Origin: Minisyncoccota bacterium
GTDB taxonomy: Bacteria; Patescibacteriota; Minisyncoccia; Phycocordibacterales; Phycocordibacteraceae
Direction of reading: 5' to 3'
Length of the DNA: 64,000 nucleotides
Assembly (NCBI GenBank): GCA_022841985.1
Contig: JALHQL010000004.1
Span: forward strand, 1,726 to 65,725
Made by a program: the position numbers and the translations under genes. Positions 19,118-28,759 of this stretch are shown here, piece after piece (position 1 is the first letter of the stretch; each line of letters begins with the position of its first letter). Under the pieces are notes generated by a model that saw only the letters and a list, made by a program, of their open reading frames with translations, did not search any database and had not been told where the DNA came from.

Positions 19118-19462
19118 ATGAAGAGGGAATATCTCTCTGTGATTCTCGTTCTTCTTATCTCAACGACTCTTGGTGGCTGTGTGATCCAGGTCAATCAGCC
19201 GGAGCGTAAGGTGGCGCCGGTGCCCTTACATCAACCGCTCTCGAAAGACGATGTGAAAAAAGGGATTTCGGCAAAGCTGATTACGTTAGACGATGTGGGA
19301 TGCAAATCTCCAGCGAAATGGGAGTGGGAGAAGGGAAAGATGGTATGCGGAACGCCGGATACTCCCTCGTATATCTGGCCCAATAATAGGCCCTACGGGT
19401 ATCCTTATTATTATGGGTATGGATATTACCCGTACGGATACGGTCACGCGTATTATTGGTGA
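19118..19462 (+). CDS. Putative lipoprotein with Tyr/Gly/Pro-rich tail
   Basis: LGGC lipobox, G-rich SD, terminator downstream. Confidence 0.7.
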   Translation: MKREYLSVILVLLISTTLGGCVIQVNQPERKVAPVPLHQPLSKDDVKKGISAKLITLDDVGCKSPAKWEWEKGKMVCGTPDTPSYIWPNNRPYGYPYYYGYGYYPYGYGHAYYW

Positions 19463-19477
19463 AATAGAACAATCTCA

Positions 19478-19513
19478 AAATGCGCTCTTTTCTTTGGAGA
19501 AAAGAGCGCATTT
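19478..19513. terminator. Hairpin terminator
   Basis: AAATGCGCTCTTTTCT-TTGG-AGAAAAGAGCGCATTT. Confidence 0.7.
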
Positions 19514-19605
19514 CAGTTCTAAGTTCATAGACAGTTCAGTACGGCCGGTAGTATATCTCTCAACAAGTTAGAACATTCCGGTATCTCATAAAAACGGAGG
19601 TTTCT

Positions 19606-19962
19606 ATGAAGATCCCAGTAGTTCTTTTCATCTCAATTCTTTTCCTTGGAGTCGTGGTGCCAATCAAAACTCACTCCGGGGTGGTGCATTGCCCATTTCC
19701 CGAGTCCGAACCCGTGTGGAAGGTGGACAAATACGTTTGTGAACCTTCGGCGTCTTTTCGTCCGCCACCTCCGATTGAGAAAAAAGCGGCTTCGCCGCCT
19801 GTTGTGGCACGACAACCGCAGATCGTTGTGCAAACGATTCCTCATTACTACGTATACCCGTATCCAGTATGGAGAGAACGATATTGGTGGGGGTGGCCTG
19901 CGCTGTGTGGTTACGGTTTTTGGTCATACACTTACTTAGGTTGGGGAAGCTGTTATTGGTAG
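19606..19962 (+). CDS. Secreted protein with Trp/Tyr-rich tail
   Basis: GGAGG SD, signal peptide, Cys pair similar to the upstream ORF. Confidence 0.65.
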   Translation: MKIPVVLFISILFLGVVVPIKTHSGVVHCPFPESEPVWKVDKYVCEPSASFRPPPPIEKKAASPPVVARQPQIVVQTIPHYYVYPYPVWRERYWWGWPALCGYGFWSYTYLGWGSCYW

Positions 19963-19990
19963 GTTTCTCACAAAGGCAAAATTGAATACA

Positions 19991-20022
19991 AACGCGCTCA
20001 TCCTTAGAAGGATGAGCGCGTT
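19991..20022. terminator. Hairpin terminator
   Basis: AACGCGCTCATCCTT-AG-AAGGATGAGCGCGTT. Confidence 0.7.
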
Positions 20023-20052
20023 ATCATTTTCAGCGGTACAATTGCACGTATC

Positions 20053-20490
20053 ATGGAGAAGACGATTCGGACGCTAGAAGAGCTTAAGAAAGAGGCTGCA
20101 GGCTTTGTTGGCACGCTCATGCCGAGTGCGCAGGGCGCGACGCTTGTGACCCTCTCAGGAGAGCTTGGGGCGGGGAAGACTACTTTTACCAAGGCTGCTG
20201 CGAACGCGCTTGGGATCGAAGAGATTGTTACGAGTCCTACGTTTGTGCTCGAGAAAATCTATCAGCTTCCGGAAGGCAAGACATTTAAACGACTCATACA
20301 CATTGACGCATATCGGCTCGAACAAGGGAGTGATCTCGCTCCGCTCGGTTTTGATGAACTTATGCAGGACTCAGGAAATCTTATTTTGCTTGAGTGGCCG
20401 GAGAAAGTAGTCGACGCGCTCCCGAAGCCATCAAAAAAACTTTCTCTCACGGTGCAGTCTGACGGGTCGCGCATCATTTTGTATGGCTAA
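20053..20490 (+). CDS. tsaE: t6A biosynthesis ATPase TsaE
   Basis: GELGAGKTT, SPTF, HIDAYRL, LEWPE. Confidence 0.95.
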   Translation: MEKTIRTLEELKKEAAGFVGTLMPSAQGATLVTLSGELGAGKTTFTKAAANALGIEEIVTSPTFVLEKIYQLPEGKTFKRLIHIDAYRLEQGSDLAPLGFDELMQDSGNLILLEWPEKVVDALPKPSKKLSLTVQSDGSRIILYG

Positions 20491-22870
20491 AAGAATTCTC
20501 GGCAGGAAAAGAATCGTGCTCTTGGATACTCATGCAATCATTCATCGCGCGTACCACGCGCTCGCATCAGCAGAATTAACCGGTCCGACTGGTGCTCCGA
20601 CCGGAGCGCTCTACGGGCTCGTTACGATGTTGCTCAAGATTATTTCTGATCTCAAGCCGGATTACATCGCTGCTTGTCTTGATCTGCCTAAGCCGACAAT
20701 TCGGCACGAGGCGTATGAGGGATACAAAGGAACGCGCACCAAAACTGATGATGCGCTCGCACTTCAAATAAAAGAATCTCGAAAAGTGTTTGAGGCGTTT
20801 TCAATACCGATGTATGAACGTGAAGGGTACGAGGCGGACGATCTTCTTGGTACGATTGCGCACGAACTTTGCGATGAGGGTGTCGACGTCATTATCGCGT
20901 CCGGAGATATGGATATGCTGCAGCTTGTTGACGATGATCGTGTTCGTGTTTTTACGTTGAAAAAAGGCATTAACGACACGATCCTGTATGACGAAAAAGC
21001 GGTTACTGAAAGATTCGGTTTCGTGCCGGCACTCATTCCTGACTGGAAAGGGCTTCGTGGCGACCCATCCGATAATATTAAGGGCGTTCCGGGTATTGGA
21101 GAAAAGACTGCTACTGAGCTTGTGAAAGGGTTTGGTACGATCGAAAAAATATATGCGGCCCTGGAAAAAGGCGACGACCTCCTTCTGGAGAAGGGGATCA
21201 AAGCGCGCATAATCGCGCTGCTAAAGGAGCATGAAGAAGAGGCGCGATTATCAAAATCCATCGCGACCATACGACTTGATGCGCCGATTGCATTCACGCT
21301 TCCAGAGCATCTATGGCGCGAGACTGTTGCCGTACAGAAAGTACTTCTGATGTGTGATGAATTTGGATTCCGCTCGTTGCGCGATCGTGTGCAGAGACTT
21401 TTTGCGAATGTGGTTAACGAAGGAGAAGATTCCGTGAGGTACGAAGAGATAGTTCCTGAAGAGGTGGATTCGACAGCGCTTGCAGAGGCTAAAGTTATGC
21501 TTTGGCTCATTTCTTCTGAATTCACGAATCCGTCGCTCGATGACATTCTTGCTTTCACAAAGAAGCGCGTGTTTACTGATGCTCGCGCCGAACTCGAAAA
21601 ACAATTGTCGGGAATGGGTAAGACAATAGAGGTGTATGAGCACATAGAAAGGCCGCTTATTCCGGTTATTCATAAGATGGAATCACGAGGCATACTTGTC
21701 GATCCAAATGTTCTTAAAGCGTTAGCTGAGAAATATACAACTGAACTCGAAATGATCGAGAAGCGTATTTATGTCGCTGCCGGGCGGGAATTCAATGTGA
21801 ATTCCCCAAAGCAGCTCGGGGAAGTGCTCTTTGATGAATTGAAAATTATTCCCGAGAAACAAAAGAAGACCGCTGGCGGCCAGCGTTCGACACGCGAGAG
21901 CGAACTTGAGAAAATTCGAGAGATGCACCCTGTCATAAACGATATTCTTGAATACCGCGAGTTGAAAAAACTACTCTCGACGTACATTCAAAATTTGCCA
22001 CCTCTGCTTGATACAGAGAATCGCTTGCATGCGGAGTTTCTCCAAACAGGGACGACGACTGGTCGTATGGCCTCTCAGAATCCAAATCTTCAAAATATTC
22101 CACTCCATTCCGAACGTGGCCGCGCGATACGCCACGCCTTTGTTGCGCCGTCAGGATTTACTCTCGTCGCACTCGACTATTCGCAGATTGAATTGCGGCT
22201 CGCAGCCATTCTTTCAGGTGATGAAAAACTGTGCGGCATATTTCGAAGTGGCAGGGATGTGCATCAAGAGGTTGCGGCACAAGTGTTTCATGTCGCTCCC
22301 GAAGCGGTCGATGCCGAGATGCGACGGCGAGCGAAAGTCATAAATTTCGGCATCCTCTACGGCATGGGAGTGAACGCCCTCCGCGCCCAACTCGGTTCGA
22401 CCATTGCCGAGGCGCATCAGTATCTTGAAGAATATTTTACGACGTTTAAGACGCTTTCGGAGTATCTTGAGAGTACGCGCGGCTTCGCAAGAAAGCATGG
22501 TTACACAGAGACGCTCTTTGGCCGCCGCCGGCAGTTTCCAGAAATGAAGTCGTCTTTGCCATATGTGCGGGCACAGGCTGAACGCATGGCGGTCAATGCG
22601 CCGATACAAGGAACACAATCAGACATCATTAAACTGGCGATGGTACACGTACATGAGATGCTTGAAAAAGAGGGTGCCTCTGAGGACGCGTACCTGCTCC
22701 TTCAGGTGCATGACGAACTCGTGTACGAGATTCGTACTGCGCGCGCTGCGATACTCAGTGCAAAGATAAAAGAGATCATGGAATCTGTCTTGCCGACGAC
22801 CGCAACGCATGGCGTGCCGGTTCTGGCTGTAGTGAAATCCGGCCCCGATTGGGGATCGTTGCGCGTATGA
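20483..22870 (+). CDS. polA: DNA polymerase I (5'-3' exonuclease plus polymerase; proofreading domain reduced)
   Basis: EADD, GDPSDN, DYSQIELR, KVINFGILYG, QVHDEL. Confidence 0.97.
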   Translation: MAKRILGRKRIVLLDTHAIIHRAYHALASAELTGPTGAPTGALYGLVTMLLKIISDLKPDYIAACLDLPKPTIRHEAYEGYKGTRTKTDDALALQIKESRKVFEAFSIPMYEREGYEADDLLGTIAHELCDEGVDVIIASGDMDMLQLVDDDRVRVFTLKKGINDTILYDEKAVTERFGFVPALIPDWKGLRGDPSDNIKGVPGIGEKTATELVKGFGTIEKIYAALEKGDDLLLEKGIKARIIALLKEHEEEARLSKSIATIRLDAPIAFTLPEHLWRETVAVQKVLLMCDEFGFRSLRDRVQRLFANVVNEGEDSVRYEEIVPEEVDSTALAEAKVMLWLISSEFTNPSLDDILAFTKKRVFTDARAELEKQLSGMGKTIEVYEHIERPLIPVIHKMESRGILVDPNVLKALAEKYTTELEMIEKRIYVAAGREFNVNSPKQLGEVLFDELKIIPEKQKKTAGGQRSTRESELEKIREMHPVINDILEYRELKKLLSTYIQNLPPLLDTENRLHAEFLQTGTTTGRMASQNPNLQNIPLHSERGRAIRHAFVAPSGFTLVALDYSQIELRLAAILSGDEKLCGIFRSGRDVHQEVAAQVFHVAPEAVDAEMRRRAKVINFGILYGMGVNALRAQLGSTIAEAHQYLEEYFTTFKTLSEYLESTRGFARKHGYTETLFGRRRQFPEMKSSLPYVRAQAERMAVNAPIQGTQSDIIKLAMVHVHEMLEKEGASEDAYLLLQVHDELVYEIRTARAAILSAKIKEIMESVLPTTATHGVPVLAVVKSGPDWGSLRV

Positions 22871-23559
22871 TCTATCTTTTTCATGGCAGTGATGTTGAAA
22901 GGGTGCGCACGAAAGCATTTGAGTGGGTCGCAAAAGCTCGCGCGAAAGAGCCGAATCTCGCGTATGCGCGCCTGATGCGCGAAGAACTTTCCACGGCAAC
23001 ACTCGAGGATGCCGCGCTTTCAGGAGGACTTTTCGTTTCGCGACTCCTCGTGCTTATTGATGATCCGTTTCCGGCTGTGCGCACGGCAAGCGAAGAGAGC
23101 GAGGATGAAGAAAAAGAGGTTTCGAGCAGTGTTCTTGAAGAATATCTTACGGTTCTTGCTTCTTCTGATAATGCAATCTTAATCCTCGCTCCAAAGCTCG
23201 CAGCAGCGAAAGCGAAGAAGCTCATTGCGAAAGCGAAGGTCGAATACAAATTCGATACGATCGTTCCTCGCGAAGCCGTGCGAGGATTCAATGGAAATTT
23301 GGTGAACGCACTCGCTTCTCGCTCGCGTGAAAAGCTCTGGCTTGAGATTCATCGCGCGCTTCGCGCCGGAGATGCTCCTGAAATGTTGCACGGACTTTTA
23401 CATTGGAAGGCTCGTGACTTGATGGAGAAGGGAAGTCGCGTGTGGACTCAGAAGGAGTCGCGGCAATTATCACTCGTGCTTATCGAACTCCTGCAAAATT
23501 CTCGTCGGGGAGGTCTTGAGCTATCTCTTTCGTTAGAGCGTTTCGCACTTTCGGTGTAA
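22867..23559 (+). CDS. Putative DNA polymerase III delta subunit (divergent HolA)
   Basis: MIYLFHG start, GGLF...LVLIDD, C-terminal LERFAL. Confidence 0.55.
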   Translation: MIYLFHGSDVERVRTKAFEWVAKARAKEPNLAYARLMREELSTATLEDAALSGGLFVSRLLVLIDDPFPAVRTASEESEDEEKEVSSSVLEEYLTVLASSDNAILILAPKLAAAKAKKLIAKAKVEYKFDTIVPREAVRGFNGNLVNALASRSREKLWLEIHRALRAGDAPEMLHGLLHWKARDLMEKGSRVWTQKESRQLSLVLIELLQNSRRGGLELSLSLERFALSV

Positions 23560-23567
23560 TTGAAAAT

Positions 23568-24335
23568 ATGCGAATCATTTCGCTCAATACGTGGGGCGGG
23601 AAGGGAGGTAAGAAAAAACTTTTAGAATTTTTTAAAGCTCATGCGGATACGACAGACGTGTTTTGTCTTCAGGAAATATGGTCTGAGCCGTATCCTCATT
23701 TAGAAGGACGTCTTGCTGGCGGTGTTGCGCTGAATAATGAACAGACCATGGTATACGCTTTGCGAGAAATATCTGCAGCGCTACCAAACCATGTGGCATT
23801 TTTTCGTCCGCTCCTCGGAAACAATTATGGTTTGTTGATGCTCATTCGGAAAGAACTCCGGGCAATCGAGGAAGGAGAATTTTTTGTGTATAAGCAAAAA
23901 GGATTTTATTCAGAAGCTGACGTGGGTGATCATGCGAGACTCATTCAATATGTCACGATTGCTGCAGGCACTAAGATGATCACAATCATAAATTTTCATG
24001 GTCTGTGGAATGGAAAGGGAAAGACGGACACCGAAGATAGAATTCAGCAGTCTAAAAACATTCTTGAATTTACTTCGAAACTCGACGGGGAATATATTCT
24101 ATGTGGGGATTTCAATCTATTACCCGATACTGAAAGTTTGAAATTATTTGAAATGGCAGGCTTAAGAAATTTAATAAAGGAGTATGGCATATCCTCCACG
24201 CGCACCTCGTTTTATACGAAACCTGAAAAACACGCTGACTATATGTTTGTAACGAAGGGAATACAAGTGAAAGATTTTAAGGTTTTACCGGATGAGGTTT
24301 CGGACCATGCACCGCTCTTGATTGAGACGGAGTAA
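23568..24335 (+). CDS. Endonuclease/exonuclease/phosphatase family protein
   Basis: ISLN, CLQE, GDFN, DYMF, SDH motifs. Confidence 0.92.
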   Translation: MRIISLNTWGGKGGKKKLLEFFKAHADTTDVFCLQEIWSEPYPHLEGRLAGGVALNNEQTMVYALREISAALPNHVAFFRPLLGNNYGLLMLIRKELRAIEEGEFFVYKQKGFYSEADVGDHARLIQYVTIAAGTKMITIINFHGLWNGKGKTDTEDRIQQSKNILEFTSKLDGEYILCGDFNLLPDTESLKLFEMAGLRNLIKEYGISSTRTSFYTKPEKHADYMFVTKGIQVKDFKVLPDEVSDHAPLLIETE

Positions 24336-24435
24336 TTGAAATTCATGCGGTAAGTAAAATACAAACCAGCGTATGGTACTATGTAAAGGTGGTCGTAAAT
24401 CATGAGCATGAATGCTAATGTGTTCCAAGAAAAAT

Positions 24436-24508
24436 GCGCCCGTAGCTCAGTTGGTAGAGCAGATCCCTTTTAAGGATAAGGTCCCGCGTTCGATCCGCGG
24501 CGGGCGCA
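24436..24508 (+). tRNA. tRNA-Lys(UUU)
   Basis: GCGCCCG/CGGGCGC acceptor stem, anticodon loop CT-TTT-AA, TTCGA T-loop; no CCA. Confidence 0.93.
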
Positions 24509-24509
24509 C

Positions 24510-25334
24510 ATGAACGATTTCAAGAAGCAGTGTATAGCCCTGCGAAAGAAGGGTTACAGCATTAACGAAATCATGAAAGCGACGGGGAAAGCGAAGGGTT
24601 CTATCTATGTACATATAAAAGATATCCCATTGAGCAAGAAGCGCCTGAAGCAGTATAGAGAAGCTTCTGGGAAATGGATCAGGAAATTTGCACTCGCACG
24701 AAAAGGCAGGAGTGCGCGCTCATTCCGGCCATTTGATACATGGTCTGCAGAGACTGTTCTTTTGGTTGCCCACCTGCTTTTTGACGGTGAGATTGCAAAA
24801 GGGAAATGCGTGTATAACAATCGTAGTCGAGTGCTCATCGAGCGTGTCGAAAGGCTCCTGCGCGTAGTATATGACTTTGAGCCAAAACGATACAAAAATG
24901 AAGCGACAGGAGTGTGGAAAACAAATTACTATAATGTAGCTCTCAGTGCGTATTTGAAAGGCAAATCGAAAGAATTGCTGCGACAAATCAAAGGAATGCC
25001 GCTCGATTTAAAACTGGAGTTTGTGCGTGCATTTTTTGACGACGAAGGATGTATGGATTTCCGACCGGGGCGCAAAAAAGTTCGCGGATATCAGAAAGAT
25101 ATGCGGATCCTAAAGTTAGTCAAAGCACTTTTAATTGATTTTGGCATCACTGCGCGTATAGCACTTCCTAACGAAGTGGTAATCGTGGGAAAAGAAAATT
25201 TAATTCGATTTGAACAAAAAATAAATTTCTCGCCGGGTGTTTCCATAAACGGGGATCGCACCAACAGCATCTGGAAGAAACATATAGAGAAAAGAGAACT
25301 GCTCAAACAAGCTATAAAATCTTTTAAAAGCTAG
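24510..25334 (+). CDS. HTH plus double-motif LAGLIDADG endonuclease-like protein
   Basis: N-terminal HTH (LRKKGYSINEI...KGSIY); motifs LVAHLLFDG and FVRAFFDDEG. Confidence 0.8.
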   Translation: MNDFKKQCIALRKKGYSINEIMKATGKAKGSIYVHIKDIPLSKKRLKQYREASGKWIRKFALARKGRSARSFRPFDTWSAETVLLVAHLLFDGEIAKGKCVYNNRSRVLIERVERLLRVVYDFEPKRYKNEATGVWKTNYYNVALSAYLKGKSKELLRQIKGMPLDLKLEFVRAFFDDEGCMDFRPGRKKVRGYQKDMRILKLVKALLIDFGITARIALPNEVVIVGKENLIRFEQKINFSPGVSINGDRTNSIWKKHIEKRELLKQAIKSFKS

Positions 25335-26281
25335 TAGCTAAATGCATCGACCGTTTTGCCGTTTATATCCAAGAGCTTCACAACTTCATGTTTGGTGCGC
25401 CACATTGAGTTTGTACGGCCGAGATAGATGCGCCAAGTGTTGCCTTCGAAATTGGTATCATTTTTGTGTGCGTTAACACATCCGTTGTAATTGAGGTAGG
25501 TCATCACAAAGTTTTGACAAGTGTTTGATACGCCATCTGGCGGTGTGAGCGTTACCTGACAGCGTTGGATTTTGTTCACTTGATCGATGCAAAATGAGTC
25601 GCGGATATAGGTAGGTCCATAAAAAGAAATAAGATCGTCGGACGGTATAGGGCAGTTTTGAGGCAGGGAAGGAGAAAATTTTTGGAAGGTGCTGAAATAG
25701 CCGATACACTTATTTTCGCGGAAGGAAGCTCCGATGGGGGATTGTCCGGAAATTAGTATTGCTCGAGTGCCGGGAGCAAGTACGATGTCTTGCTCCGCAT
25801 TCACCACGCCAGAGGTCGGCACTTCGGTTCCCTTAGGAATGCTGGCGGAATTACCTGTTGCATCACTCAAGAGTTTCCATCCAGTAATGTTGACCGGGAC
25901 TCGTGCATTTTGCGAGAGAGATATTTCGATGTATTCGTTTCCCGGATTTGCTCCGCCGGCACCCGAGACGTACTGATTCATTCTGACAATATCTCGATAG
26001 GGCGACGGTGTCCCAAAGACAGTACCGCCTACAAATGTCGGAACCAATGTCGCGGAACTTCCTGAATTGTCTGAAGAGCCAGGTAGTGAAACGTTCGTAC
26101 CTCCAATAACGAATGGTGCTCGTGGGAGTTGCAGGTAGGTGCCTCCGCCGAGTACTCCCGGCTGCGCGAGTGTTGGTCCAGAGAAGGCGAGCGGACGCAA
26201 CGGGCCGCCGGTCGCTATCCAAATAAGGAATATAAAGACGAAAACGCCTATGAAAAACCATGCATCATGTGCATCCCCCAT
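25331..26281 (-). CDS. Membrane-anchored Cys-rich protein with lamin-tail-like domain
   Basis: N-terminal TM, NEYIEI...VNITGWKL, C-terminal VKLLDINGKTVD. Confidence 0.65.
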   Translation of the reverse strand: MGDAHDAWFFIGVFVFIFLIWIATGGPLRPLAFSGPTLAQPGVLGGGTYLQLPRAPFVIGGTNVSLPGSSDNSGSSATLVPTFVGGTVFGTPSPYRDIVRMNQYVSGAGGANPGNEYIEISLSQNARVPVNITGWKLLSDATGNSASIPKGTEVPTSGVVNAEQDIVLAPGTRAILISGQSPIGASFRENKCIGYFSTFQKFSPSLPQNCPIPSDDLISFYGPTYIRDSFCIDQVNKIQRCQVTLTPPDGVSNTCQNFVMTYLNYNGCVNAHKNDTNFEGNTWRIYLGRTNSMWRTKHEVVKLLDINGKTVDAFSY

Positions 26282-26293
26282 AACGGTATAGTA

Positions 26294-27571
26294 TCAAAAT
26301 TTACTAATAAGTCGCTCAAGCTCTTCACGGACAACCCGAGCATCGCTCCAGGCTTCACGCTGGCCTTTCGGCCCCATGATGAAAGGGTCAGTGCCTTTAC
26401 CGGAGATAAGAACTGCGTCACCGGGGCGTGCTGCGGCAAGCGCGTATCGGATAGCCTCCCGTCGATCCATAATAATTTCGGGTGTATGGTTCATTCCTCT
26501 TGCCATGGCGTCAACGATGGCACGAGGGTCCTCATCGTAGGGGTCCTCGTTTGTGAGAATAACTTTTTCGCACTCTTCGTCTGCAATACGACCCATCTCC
26601 GGTCGTTTCCAAGTATCACGTCCGCCACCAGTATTTCCTAGGACGCAGATTTTTCTTTGTTTTGGAAAAGCACTGTAAAGCGCACGGAGTGAATCTGGCG
26701 TATGCGCGTAGTCGACTATAACCGTGAAGTTTTGATTCGCCTCAATGCGCTCGACGCGACCTTGTACGGGAGGGAGTGCGGCAAGGGCGTTCGCGGCAGT
26801 AGCCAGTGGGACGCCAAGCGCCATGCTCATTTTTATAGTGGCGAGAGCGTTCATTGCGTTAAAAGTACCAGGTATCGGAAGAGAGAAACGTTCTCCTGCG
26901 TATTCAAAACCGACACTTTTTTCGTCTCCTTGCAAAGACTTAAATTCTTTTTCACTGAATGCAATTGTTTTTGGAACGTGAGCAGAAAGAAATGCGCGAG
27001 TTTCTTGAATGTCCTCGTTGGCTACTAAGATTTTATTTTGTTTAGGGGAGTGAACGAGTGTGTCGACGATAGTGCGTTTAGCGGCAACATAGTTTTCAAA
27101 TGAGCCGTGACTCTCAATATGCTCCGGGTGAATATTCGTTACGATGAGTCCATTGAGATCAAGAAATGAGTGTCGATACTGCAGAACACTTTCCGAAGTT
27201 ACTTCAATGACGAGATGTGTGCATCCGGCTTTGAGCGCACGGCGCATAAATGCTTGTGCAAATCCACGTCCTTGCAGAGTCATCTTGTAACGGTTTGGTT
27301 CCGAATCATCCCCTATAGCGAATCGGATTGTGGAAATTAGCGCAGTCGTATACCCCGCCTCACGCAAAATTGAAAAAAGCATGTCAGCCGTCGTAGATTT
27401 TCCTTTTGTTCCGGTGATTCCTATGACAGTAAGTTTTCGCGCAGGGAAGCCATAAGAAAGCGCCATGAAATAAGAGAGGTAGCGATGATAGGCGGGGCGT
27501 AGTTGTCGCACTACCGATTCCGGTACAATTTTTTTCAGAATACTGACAATACTGTTGACCAGTCCGTACAT
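26294..27571 (-). CDS. murE: Mur ligase MurE
   Basis: GITGTKGKST, EVTSE, TNIHPEH, DYAHTPDS, GGGRD, EDPYDE, SGKG. Confidence 0.88.
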   Translation of the reverse strand: MYGLVNSIVSILKKIVPESVVRQLRPAYHRYLSYFMALSYGFPARKLTVIGITGTKGKSTTADMLFSILREAGYTTALISTIRFAIGDDSEPNRYKMTLQGRGFAQAFMRRALKAGCTHLVIEVTSESVLQYRHSFLDLNGLIVTNIHPEHIESHGSFENYVAAKRTIVDTLVHSPKQNKILVANEDIQETRAFLSAHVPKTIAFSEKEFKSLQGDEKSVGFEYAGERFSLPIPGTFNAMNALATIKMSMALGVPLATAANALAALPPVQGRVERIEANQNFTVIVDYAHTPDSLRALYSAFPKQRKICVLGNTGGGRDTWKRPEMGRIADEECEKVILTNEDPYDEDPRAIVDAMARGMNHTPEIIMDRREAIRYALAAARPGDAVLISGKGTDPFIMGPKGQREAWSDARVVREELERLISKF

Positions 27572-27580
27572 AAGTGGGTA

Positions 27581-28126
27581 TCAATGACCTGAAGACAGGG
27601 CTGCCTTAAGACGTAAGTCCTTTCCAACGATAGTATCTGGCAGTGACTGCAGAGCTTTTCGTGCTTCGCGGTCGGTGTAGCCCAGTGCGACGAGCGTGTC
27701 GAATACTTCGCCATCGGCGTTATCATGCGAGCGCGGACCGACCTTATCAGCTAGCTCAACCAACATTTTCTCCGCACCTTTCTTTCCAAGGCCAACAACT
27801 TTGGTGAGGTAGGCAAGATCGCGTTTGCCGATAGCTCCTTCCAAAGCCTCACGCGGGGAGCGGCGCAAAACCGAAAGAGCTGTTTTCGGGCCAATGCCTG
27901 ACACGGAGAGAACAAGTTCGAAGAAGTCGCGATCGGCACTGTCGGTAAATCCATAAAGCTCGAGCCCATCCTGTTTGAGAGTGAGATGTGTCGCGAGACT
28001 CGCTTCGTTTCCTTCCGAAAGCGTTTGTGGCGAGCTCATACGTACCTCTACACCAAAGCCTGCAACCTCAATAGTGGCGCTTATCGGACCAATCGAAAGT
28101 ACTCGTCCTCGAATCTGTCGGATCAT
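27581..28126 (-). CDS. ruvA: Holliday junction binding protein RuvA
   Basis: LYGF, VSGIGPKTAL, GLGKKGAE, LVALGY. Confidence 0.95.
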   Translation of the reverse strand: MIRQIRGRVLSIGPISATIEVAGFGVEVRMSSPQTLSEGNEASLATHLTLKQDGLELYGFTDSADRDFFELVLSVSGIGPKTALSVLRRSPREALEGAIGKRDLAYLTKVVGLGKKGAEKMLVELADKVGPRSHDNADGEVFDTLVALGYTDREARKALQSLPDTIVGKDLRLKAALSSGH

Positions 28127-28185
28127 GTCGTCTATCGTACAACTATTTGCCAGGAAGCGGGAGATAGCGTATATATGTGTGATAT

Positions 28186-28455
28186 ATGGCTATCACCAGT
28201 TCTGCGAAGAAAGCGATACGTTCTTCTGCGAAGAAGCACGTTTTCAATCTGCGCCGCAAGGTCGCTCTTTATGATGCGACTAAATCGCTTACGAAGGCGC
28301 TTGCCGCGAAGGATATTACAGGGGCGGAGAAGCTTCTTCCTGCGGCTTATGCTGCAATCGACAAGGCGGCCAAGCGCGGCGTCATCAAAGACAATACTGC
28401 CGATCGCAAGAAAGCTCGTCTCGCAGCGGCCATCAAGAGAGCTCAAAAAAATTAA
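28186..28455 (+). CDS. rpsT: 30S ribosomal protein S20
   Basis: SSAKKAIR...IDKAAKRGVIKDNTADRKKARL. Confidence 0.96.
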   Translation: MAITSSAKKAIRSSAKKHVFNLRRKVALYDATKSLTKALAAKDITGAEKLLPAAYAAIDKAAKRGVIKDNTADRKKARLAAAIKRAQKN

Positions 28456-28460
28456 TCATC

Positions 28461-28500
28461 AAATAACAAAAACGCCCCTTATGGGGCGTTTTTGTTATTT
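28461..28500. terminator. Bidirectional intrinsic terminator
   Basis: AAATAACAAAAACGCCCC-TTAT-GGGGCGTTTTTGTTATTT between convergent rpsT and tRNA-Arg. Confidence 0.85.
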
Positions 28501-28501
28501 G

Positions 28502-28573
28502 TGCTCTCGGCCGGAATCGAACCGGCATCAGCCCCTTCGGAGGGGGCTATCCTATCCGTTGAACGACGAGAGC
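28502..28573 (-). tRNA. tRNA-Arg(CCG)
   Basis: Reverse complement GCTCTCG...GCCCC-CT-CCG-AA-GGGGC...GGTTCGATTCC...CGAGAGCA. Confidence 0.92.
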
Positions 28574-28759
28574 GACATTAGTTTCTTAGGGAGCGGAGCG
28601 AGTTAGAGACTAAGAAGTGCCACATGCCGGATTTGAGTATTTGGCATGTGGCCGTAACTCACAATACTATAATTCCTCGAGAGGATTGCGGTTAGACTTG
28701 CCGATCGGTATACCTGGTATACTACCGTGCATAGAGATTATTTCTTGTAAAAATACAGT

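Noticed and set aside
20764-21645. 293-aa antisense ORF in polA (likewise 52316-53011 and 56324-57091)
   Set aside because: Antisense shadows of well-conserved genes
24436-25334. Group I intron in tRNA-Lys encoding the endonuclease
   Set aside because: The tRNA cloverleaf is uninterrupted and the ORF lies wholly downstream
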